Shown here in pieces: positions 1 to 6,475 of a stretch of DNA of 13,053 nt (the stretch's first letter is position 1; each line of letters starts with the position of its first letter). The notes under the pieces were generated by a model, which worked only from the letters and a program-made list of their open reading frames with translations, was not told where the DNA came from and did no database searches. The DNA lies in NCBI GenBank assembly GCA_041498975.1, contig JBGQJI010000064.1, positions 1 through 13,053 of the forward strand. Reading direction: 5' to 3'. The position numbers and the translations under genes were made by a program. Origin of the DNA: Candidatus Methylomirabilis sp. (GTDB lineage Bacteria; Methylomirabilota; Methylomirabilia; Methylomirabilales; Methylomirabilaceae).

Positions 1-415
1 CGAAGTTGACCTCTTCCACGGCGGGCTCGTTCACGCGCACGCCATCGACGAATACGCTGATCCCCTGAGGGATCCCCGTCACCGAGGTCCCGGAGAAGCC
101 TCGGAAAGACACGTCGAGCTGGTAGGAGTTTCCCTGCTGATCGTTGATGTGGACCCCTGGAAGCCCCTGCAGTAAATCGGGGAGCGTGACGGCCCCCGAA
201 CGCTTGATCTCCTCGCCAGTGATGACCTGCACGCTGGCCGGAACCTCGGAAGAAGTCAGCGGGACCATCGGAAGACGGGCTGGGGCGGTCACCAGGACCT
301 CCGGAAGCGGGACGATCTCCGGGGGCGCGGGCGGCTCCTGAGCAAGCGCTTCAGCGGAACTCAGAAGGAACAAGCCCGCGAGCACAGCAGATGGCCAACT
401 CCGATCACATGGCAA
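1..415 (-). CDS. TonB-dependent receptor, N-terminal part (signal peptide, TonB box, plug); runs off the window's left edge
   Basis: Not in the ORF track. Manual translation from TTG at 415 (GGAGG at 423-427, 7 nt spacing): MPCDRSWPSAVLAGLFLLSSAEALA-QEPPAPPEIVPLPEVLVTAPARLP...VPASVQVITGEEIKRSGAVTLPDLLQGLPGVHINDQQGNSYQLDVSFRGFSGTSVTGIPQGISVFVDGVRVNEPAVEEVNF. Signal peptide ending ALA, EVLVTA TonB box, plug motifs (SVQVIT, LPGV, RGF, VDGVRVN). Confidence 0.92.
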   Translation of the reverse strand, partial: MPCDRSWPSAVLAGLFLLSSAEALAQEPPAPPEIVPLPEVLVTAPARLPMVPLTSSEVPASVQVITGEEIKRSGAVTLPDLLQGLPGVHINDQQGNSYQLDVSFRGFSGTSVTGIPQGISVFVDGVRVNEPAVEEVNF

Positions 416-485
416 AGGGTCACCTCCTGAGGATAAGTGGGGCAGATTTGGGCAGACGTCTCCTCTGAGAAGCTTTCTCTCCATG

Positions 486-502
486 TGCAACGCATGTGCC
501 GG
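486..502 (-). promoter_or_regulatory. sigma-54 (-24/-12) promoter of the left TonB-dependent receptor
   Basis: Minus strand CCGGCACATGCGTTGCA = GG-N10-GC, close to the TGGCAC-N5-TTGC consensus, 70 bp upstream of the start and next to a sigma-54 activator gene. Confidence 0.85.
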
Positions 503-526
503 GTAATAGCGGCACGGAAAGGCGGG

Positions 527-539
527 AAACCCCTTGATT
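527..539 (-). promoter_or_regulatory. IHF-like binding site between sigma-54 promoter and putative enhancer
   Basis: Minus strand AATCAAGGGGTTT vs WATCAANNNNTTR (one mismatch), at the position typical for sigma-54 promoters. Confidence 0.5.
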
Positions 540-587
540 TGCTTACGCGGTTGGAAGAGTGCGGATATGCTCTGATCATGAAGCGTT

Positions 588-618
588 GGTTCAAATACAC
601 CAGCGGTCGATTTCAACC
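588..618. promoter_or_regulatory. Paired imperfect palindromes, candidate upstream activator (enhancer) sites
   Basis: GGTTCAAATACACC (588-601) and GGTCGATTTCAACC (605-618), both GGT-N8-ACC, about 90-120 bp upstream of the -24 GG. Confidence 0.4.
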
Positions 619-663
619 ATCCGATCGCGCCCCATCCGATCCGACTTCACTCCCAACAGGCCC

Positions 664-700
664 GCTTCGACAGGGCTCAGCGCAGGCTTCGACTTAGCTC
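664..700. repeat. REP-like tandem unit overlapping the activator stop codon
   Basis: GCTTCGACAGGGCTCAGCGCAG followed by a partial copy GCTTCGACTTAGCTC; shares GCTTCGA and CTCAGCGC with the palindromic element at 8996-9134. Confidence 0.45.
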
Positions 701-2097
701 GGGACAGGCGGGCGAGCGATTCCATGTTTCTGGATTCGATAGCGGAGCGCCTCCCGGCCGATGCCCAGCTTCCGGGCGGCCTCGGCCACATTGCCTCCCG
801 TCAAAGCCAGCGCTTGCTCGATCAATCGTCGCTCGATCTTTCGCAGGTCAATCCCCTGCTGAGGGAGCGCCACCTCCAGGAGCCCATCGTCACCGGTCCG
901 AAACGGCAGGCGCGAGATTTCAAGCCCAAGGGTCGATGGGGCGATCTCTTCGTCATCGCAGACCAGTACCGCTCGTTCCACCACATGGGCCAACTCGCGA
1001 ACATTGCCGGGCCAGCGATATGCTCTGAGGGCATCGAGACCGGCCTCCGAGAAGCGCCTTCCGGAAAGCGAATACTTGTGCGTGAACCGCTCGAGGAAAT
1101 AATTCGCCAGCAGGACCACGTCCTCCCCGCGCTCCCGAAGGGGTGGGAGCTCGATGGTGAGCACCTTGAGGCGATAGTAGAGGTCTTGCCGGAACTGGCC
1201 GGCTTTGACGGCCGCCTCGAGGTTCCGATTTGTGGCCGCAATGATCCGGACATGGATCTTTCGCTCCCGAAGGCTGCCCAACCGTCGAACCTGCTTCCGC
1301 TCGATCGCCTTCAACAGCTTCACTTGGAGGTCCAGGCCGATCTCACCCACCTCGTCCAAGAAGAGGGTCCCGCCGCTCGCGGCTTCGATCAGGCCGGGCT
1401 TCGCGGCTGTGGCCCCCGTGAACGCGCCCTTCTCGTAGCCGAATAGCTCCGCTTCCGCGAGCTCCTTCGGGATCGATGTGCACTCGACCTCGACGAACGG
1501 CTGGCCGGCCAGGCTCCCCCTGTGATGGATCGCCCTGGCCACAAGATCCTTGCCCGTCCCCGTCTCGCCCAGCAACAATACCGTCGGAAGATCTCCGGCC
1601 GGCCCACGCTCGAGCTGAGCGATCCTGTCGACGAGCCCGGTGATCTCTTTCATCCGGGAGGAGGTGCCCACGATGTCGCAATGGGCAGACTGCTGGACTT
1701 CTTTGCGTTGAAAGTACGAAAGGCGTTCCCGCAAACGGCTTGTCTCCAGCGCCTTCTCGATGGTGAATTTCAGCTCGTCGTGGTCGATCGGCTTCTGGAT
1801 ATAGTCGTATGCCCCATCCTTCATGGCCGCCACCGCGCTCTCGACACTGCTATAGGCGGTCATGATGATAACAATGGCATTGGGGTCGAGGCCGGCGATC
1901 CTTCTCAGCGCCTCGAGGCCACTCATCCCCGCCAGCTTAATATCGAGCAGGATGAGGTCCGGCCTTTCTGTCTCAATCGATCGAAGCCCGTCCTCTGCGC
2001 TCGATAGACTCCAGCACTCGTGGCCGTTCTTGCTCAGGAAGTGGGCCACCGACCTCGCGAACACCACCTCATCATCGATGATCAGTATCTTAGCCAT
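694..2097 (-). CDS. Sigma-54-dependent response regulator (NtrC/AtoC family bEBP): REC + AAA+ + Fis-type HTH, 467 aa
   Basis: REC (ILIIDDE, LILLDIKL, MTAY, YIQKP), Walker A GETGTGKD, LFGYEKGAFTGA, Walker B TLFLDEVGE, RQDLYYRL, WPGNVREL, C-terminal GNVAEAARKLGIGREALRYRIQK. Start overlaps the kinase end by 8 bp. Confidence 0.97.
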   Translation of the reverse strand: MAKILIIDDEVVFARSVAHFLSKNGHECWSLSSAEDGLRSIETERPDLILLDIKLAGMSGLEALRRIAGLDPNAIVIIMTAYSSVESAVAAMKDGAYDYIQKPIDHDELKFTIEKALETSRLRERLSYFQRKEVQQSAHCDIVGTSSRMKEITGLVDRIAQLERGPAGDLPTVLLLGETGTGKDLVARAIHHRGSLAGQPFVEVECTSIPKELAEAELFGYEKGAFTGATAAKPGLIEAASGGTLFLDEVGEIGLDLQVKLLKAIERKQVRRLGSLRERKIHVRIIAATNRNLEAAVKAGQFRQDLYYRLKVLTIELPPLRERGEDVVLLANYFLERFTHKYSLSGRRFSEAGLDALRAYRWPGNVRELAHVVERAVLVCDDEEIAPSTLGLEISRLPFRTGDDGLLEVALPQQGIDLRKIERRLIEQALALTGGNVAEAARKLGIGREALRYRIQKHGIARPPVPS

Positions 2098-3568
2098 TAA
2101 GACCGGCCCCCACGGAGCGTGAGATTGGAAGAAGGATCTGGACCGCGGTCCCCCCTTCGGGGCGGTTCGACACGGTGAGGTTGCCCCCGTGGTAACTGAC
2201 GATCTTTTGCGCCATCGTTAAACCAAGGCCCACCCCGTCGGTCTTCGTGGTGAAGTAGGGGGTGAAGACCTTCTGGAGCATCTCAGGGGGGATGCCCCCG
2301 CCATTGTCAGCGAGGTCGACGGCGACAACCTCCGGGCCTTCTCCTTCACAGATCAGGCGCGACGTGATCGCGACCCTTCCCCCTTGCGGGGTTGCCTCGC
2401 ACGCATTGGTGAAGAGGGAGACGAGGGCCTGTTCCAGATACCCCTCATCAAGGGGGACCGGGGGGAGCGTCCCGGAAAGGCTCAAATCTACCTCGATCTC
2501 CTTCTCCTCGACCAGGGGGCGAACGATATCCAACGCCTCCGCGATCACGCGGTTCAGGTCCGAAGGCGCCAGGGTCGGCGCGATCGGCTTCAAGGCGAAG
2601 AGAAAGTTATGGACCCATTGCTTCAAATGATCGACGGTGTCAACGATGCTTCTGAGATCTGCCCGGACCTCTTCCGGTATGCCGGGTTCGCTGAGGGCTG
2701 CCTGAGCTGAAGACCGGATGCTGGCGAGTGGGTTGCGGATATTGTGCGCGATGTACGAGGACAGCTCGCCAACCGCCGCCAATCGTTCGGCTTGTAGCAG
2801 GCGCTCCTGGATCCGCTTGAGGGCCTGCGCCATGCTGTTGATGGACGTGGCGAGAGCGCCCAGTTCATCCTTCGACCTGACCTGGATGCGATGGCTCAGC
2901 TCCCCGGTGCTGATGACCGCGGTTGAGCGACCGATCGCCTGAAGGGGCTTCACCAGCCAACGCTGGATTCCGAACAGCAAGCCGCCGCCCCACACCAGCG
3001 CGAGCAGCATGACGATCCCGGCCAGCAACTCTCCCTGCGACCCGGTTGCGATGGTCTGTCGCCTCGACCGCTCAGAAGCCGCTTCATAGTAGGCGCGGAG
3101 TCTGTTGATATCTTCGTCTTGCCTCTTGAACACGACCTGCTCTAATTCCCTCTCAACCTTCTGTACGGCGCGGTCCCGAGCCCCCCTTGCCAGCAAATCA
3201 AAAATCTCTCTCACCAGCAGGGTGACCCGTCGATGCGCTTCCTCGAGCTGTTGGATCAGCGTCTTCTCCTCGTCGGTTCGCGCATGGCTGCGGAGATCCG
3301 AAAACTCTCTCTCCAATCCCAATCCCAGGGCCTCGAACTCCTGTCGTGCGGACCGATCCCCGCTCACAAGCCGATCGAGGATCTCTTTGATCTGCCGATA
3401 CATATCTCCCCGCAGCCTTTCGGCCCTCAGGCTTTGCGCGTGAGAGTAGGCGAAGTCATCGGTTGCACCCTGCCATGTCCGCACGGCCCAGATCATCGCA
3501 AGCCCGATGCAGACCGCGAGGATGAAGATGACCAGGTATCCGATGTGAAGCCTTGTTCGAATCAGCAT
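2090..3568 (-). CDS. Membrane sensor histidine kinase (TM, helical periplasmic domain, TM, HAMP, HisKA, HATPase), 492 aa
   Basis: Two hydrophobic segments flanking a helical periplasmic region; HAMP (VKPLQAI...SKDELGALATSINSMA); H-box AHNIRNPL; N-box LFTNACEA; DNGGGI, FTPYFTTK, GVGLGL. Confidence 0.96.
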   Translation of the reverse strand: MLIRTRLHIGYLVIFILAVCIGLAMIWAVRTWQGATDDFAYSHAQSLRAERLRGDMYRQIKEILDRLVSGDRSARQEFEALGLGLEREFSDLRSHARTDEEKTLIQQLEEAHRRVTLLVREIFDLLARGARDRAVQKVERELEQVVFKRQDEDINRLRAYYEAASERSRRQTIATGSQGELLAGIVMLLALVWGGGLLFGIQRWLVKPLQAIGRSTAVISTGELSHRIQVRSKDELGALATSINSMAQALKRIQERLLQAERLAAVGELSSYIAHNIRNPLASIRSSAQAALSEPGIPEEVRADLRSIVDTVDHLKQWVHNFLFALKPIAPTLAPSDLNRVIAEALDIVRPLVEEKEIEVDLSLSGTLPPVPLDEGYLEQALVSLFTNACEATPQGGRVAITSRLICEGEGPEVVAVDLADNGGGIPPEMLQKVFTPYFTTKTDGVGLGLTMAQKIVSYHGGNLTVSNRPEGGTAVQILLPISRSVGAGLNG

Positions 3569-3579
3569 GGCGTGGAAAT

Positions 3580-3674
3580 AGCGGTCAGCAGTCAGCCATC
3601 AGCGGTCAGCGATCAGCAGTCAGCCAGAACGCTTCTGCTGAAAGCTGAGTGCTGATAGCTGAACGCTGAATGCT
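3580..3674. repeat. Inverted array of 7-bp tandem repeats forming a long hairpin
   Basis: Six AGCNNTC units (3580-3621), a CAGAA-CGC-TTCTG apex (3625-3637), then five GCTGANN units (3637-3671), complementary to the left arm. Confidence 0.85.
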
Positions 3675-3678
3675 TCCT

Positions 3679-5874
3679 TTAGAATCGGACCCTGATGCCG
3701 CCATGAACCAGGAGGGGGGCGCCAATGGTGACGATGCCATCGGTTGTCTTGCCGGCCTCGTACGTCCTGTCGAAGAGGTTTTCCACACCGAGGAAAACTT
3801 CACCTGCGGACACCTTGGGGATGGGGATCGGACGCCAAAGCATCAGGTCCACGACGAAGAAATCCCCGAGCTTCAGCGAGTTGAGGTCGTCCTCGAATTG
3901 ATCCCCGACGTACCGCCCCTGGATATAGAAGTTCAAGAGGGCCGGGTTGGTATAGGTCAGTTTCAGGGTGAACTGGTGCTCGGGAACCTGGGCGATCCTC
4001 TTCCCTTCCAGCGCCGGTTGATTTGGAGCGCTCAAGACTTCTGTATCGTTAAAGAGATAACTTCCCGACAAGGTCCAGGGAACGAACGGGCGGTACTCCA
4101 GTTCAGCTTCGATTCCCCTGATCTGGGTCCGTTCTAGATTCTGGCGCTGACGGCAGACGCCGCCCGCCAAAACCACGCCGCAGGGAGGGATTGCTTTCGA
4201 CCCGCCGCCTACCGGAACAGAGCCTATTGTGACGTTGGCAACTGGATCCTTGACGGTATTCCAGAAAGCTGTTAACCGCCCTGAGACGTTCCTGATGGGC
4301 GTGTAGTCGAGCCCGACTTCCCCCCCAAACAGTCGCTCCGGCTCCAGGCCTGCGTTGGCCTCGGTAATATCATTTCTAACTCTGAACGGCCGGAAGAGCT
4401 CGTTAATGGTGGGCGCACGAAAGCCATGGTAGTAAGACCCTCTGAAGGAGAGTTGGTCAGTGGCACGGTAGAGGATGGCCAGCTTGGGGCTGACGGCGAA
4501 TTCATCACGATCGAGAAAAGACTCGCTGCGCGTGATCCCTCCGGTTTGAAGGTTTCGTTCGACCCGGGAGGCATCAAAACTTCTCCAGAAATCTAACCTC
4601 CAGCCAAGCGTGATCTGCCACTGTGGCGTGGGCGTGATGATATCTTGCCAGTAGATCCCGGCGAGGAACTGCTCCCCTCCAGCCTTCCGCCGTCTTGTGA
4701 ATTGGCCCGATGGGGGCAATAGGGCGTTGAATGTAAAGTCCTCGTTGGTCTCTCCTTCGATCCATCGCAGGTCAGTCCCCGCCGTCAGCAGATGAGCCGG
4801 ATGGACCTGTTTCGACCACTGAAGATTGGCTCCTACGGCAGTTGAGGGCACATCGAACTGATCAAGCGCCGGGGTCTCGGAGTTCCGGTCTAGGACTGCT
4901 GAAGTAAAGGTGCTGTTGAAAGTCTGGAGGTGGGAAAACAGGGTGAACTGCCAATCGCTCCCGTCGGCTGTCTTTAACCGGCCACCGGTTCCGATATAGC
5001 CGGCCTCGGTCGAATTGTTTTGCTTCGGGGTTCCGTTGCCACGATCTTCCTGAAAGAAGCTTCCGGCGAGGAACAGGGACGTCGCCAGCGAAGGGGTGTA
5101 TTCCAGCCGACCGTTGAAGGTCTTGTGCTCTGAACCAGCGTCGATGTCAATTTTTCCCCGCTGGTCTTCACGGACGATCTTATAGCCATCGGTGCGGAAG
5201 AAGTTACCCTCTAGTGAGACCCCCCATGGACCCGTGACATGGCTGGCCAGCAGGTCGGCATCCACGGTGTTCAGCGTGCCGAGATCAAGCTTGGCTTGTG
5301 CCACCCTCGCCTCCGGCCGCTTGGTTACGATATTGATCACGCCGGCCAGCGCATAGTTCCCGTAGACGCCCGAGCCCCCACCACGGGTGACCTCGATCCG
5401 CTCGATACTCTCGAGAGGGACTTTGCTCCAGTAGACCCAGCCGCCAAAGGGATCGTTGAGCGGGACGCCGTCCAGCAAGACCAGAGTGCGACTCACGCCG
5501 CTCGGCCCGATCCCGCGAAGGGAGACCCCCTGCGCGGTGGGATGAGTCACGAGGCTGCTGCTCCGCCTGAACAGGCTGAACCCCGGGACCTGCCGCAACA
5601 GATCGTCCACCGTCCGAGCTGGTGACTGCTGGATCTCCTCCCTTGTGATGACCGTGACGTTTGCCGGGACATCTCGCAACTTCTGCTCGATCCGGCTGGC
5701 GGAGACCACGACCGGCTCCAGCGGAACTACCTCCTCCGTCCCGCCTGCCGTCGGCGAGACAGGAGGCGCACCCCATGCTGAGCCTGAGGAGACTCCGAGG
5801 GCGGATACCGCCACAAGCCCAGTCACCACAGAGATGAGAAGTAGCCCGGACCATGCCCTGTCTACCAGCATCAT
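3679..5874 (-). CDS. TonB-dependent receptor, complete, about 731 aa
   Basis: Start reassigned to ATG at 5874 (CAGGAGGAAGGGGGA upstream; MMLVDRAWSGLLLISVV...SAWG signal peptide). TonB box EPVVVSASR, plug (VPANVTVIT, LRGIG, LLDGVPLND, GVINIVTK), barrel motifs (FRAPTINELF, GVENLFDRTY) and C-terminal Phe (GIRVRF). Confidence 0.95.
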   Translation of the reverse strand: MMLVDRAWSGLLLISVVTGLVAVSALGVSSGSAWGAPPVSPTAGGTEEVVPLEPVVVSASRIEQKLRDVPANVTVITREEIQQSPARTVDDLLRQVPGFSLFRRSSSLVTHPTAQGVSLRGIGPSGVSRTLVLLDGVPLNDPFGGWVYWSKVPLESIERIEVTRGGGSGVYGNYALAGVINIVTKRPEARVAQAKLDLGTLNTVDADLLASHVTGPWGVSLEGNFFRTDGYKIVREDQRGKIDIDAGSEHKTFNGRLEYTPSLATSLFLAGSFFQEDRGNGTPKQNNSTEAGYIGTGGRLKTADGSDWQFTLFSHLQTFNSTFTSAVLDRNSETPALDQFDVPSTAVGANLQWSKQVHPAHLLTAGTDLRWIEGETNEDFTFNALLPPSGQFTRRRKAGGEQFLAGIYWQDIITPTPQWQITLGWRLDFWRSFDASRVERNLQTGGITRSESFLDRDEFAVSPKLAILYRATDQLSFRGSYYHGFRAPTINELFRPFRVRNDITEANAGLEPERLFGGEVGLDYTPIRNVSGRLTAFWNTVKDPVANVTIGSVPVGGGSKAIPPCGVVLAGGVCRQRQNLERTQIRGIEAELEYRPFVPWTLSGSYLFNDTEVLSAPNQPALEGKRIAQVPEHQFTLKLTYTNPALLNFYIQGRYVGDQFEDDLNSLKLGDFFVVDLMLWRPIPIPKVSAGEVFLGVENLFDRTYEAGKTTDGIVTIGAPLLVHGGIRVRF

Positions 5875-5945
5875 TCCCCCTTCCTCCTGAGGCGAAGTAC
5901 TTTGGTTAACCGAAGGCCGATCGATGACGAAACCGTTGAATAACC

Positions 5946-5962
5946 AGCATCCTTCGTGCCAA
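5946..5962 (-). promoter_or_regulatory. sigma-54 (-24/-12) promoter of the receptor-kinase-activator operon
   Basis: Minus strand TTGGCACGAAGGATGCT = GG-N10-GC with a perfect TGGCACG -24 element, 71 bp upstream of ATG 5874. Confidence 0.85.
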
Positions 5963-6475
5963 GCCAGGAGTGATAACGATTCCGGCCACTCCCGCGAAAC
6001 TTCCCGTAACGAAGGACTCTTTTGCGATCGGCTTGCGACAGGCGTCGCTTGACGGCGGCCAGCCCTGGGGGGAATCACACACTCAAGGGGTGAAATGGCC
6101 CTTTTCGGTTCCAGCCTGCTCCACTGTCCCATGAGTGGCGCGGATCTCATTCAGAAGGCTGAACTCCAGGAGTGATGGCGCATAATCAGCTCAAGCTGGC
6201 CGGCATCTGTCTGTCCATCAGGCGGCATGGAACGGGGTATTCATGGTTGATATCGGCTGATTTCGGCTTCGTAGATCCGCACGTCGCTGAGCAGGCCCGT
6301 CTCGTCGGTTTTTCGGCCGCGACATCCAGCCAGCCCCTCGCTGGGGGTTAGGAGGGTGGCCATGAGCTCAACGGAACGATTTTCCCCGACCCGCAAGGGC
6401 CGGAAAGGCCGGTGCTCACTCCAGCGGCAACTTCGAGGTGCGGGATGTTGAGAACTGCGATTGATCGTGCGGAAG

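Noticed and set aside
361..600. 79-aa minus-strand ORF upstream of the left receptor
   Set aside because: Overlaps the sigma-54 promoter and the receptor start in another frame; no protein-like features.
559..1446. 295-aa plus-strand ORF
   Set aside because: Antisense shadow of the well-supported sigma-54 activator; no recognisable motifs. Long shadow ORFs are common in GC-rich DNA.
3580..3674. Possible CRISPR array
   Set aside because: Units are 7 bp with no unique spacers, and there are no cas genes.
5875..6150. 92-aa N-terminal extension of the TonB receptor in the ORF track
   Set aside because: Spans the -24/-12 promoter and RBS; the signal peptide begins at ATG 5874.
6241..6363. 40-aa minus-strand ORF MATLLTPSEGLAGCRGRKTDETGLLSDVRIYEAEISRYQP
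   Set aside because: No RBS and no recognisable motif; cannot be told from a chance ORF or gene remnant.
6150..6470. Possible cobalamin or other riboswitch upstream of the TonB receptor
   Set aside because: No recognisable conserved riboswitch core, and the region lies upstream of the predicted sigma-54 start; an Rfam scan would settle it.
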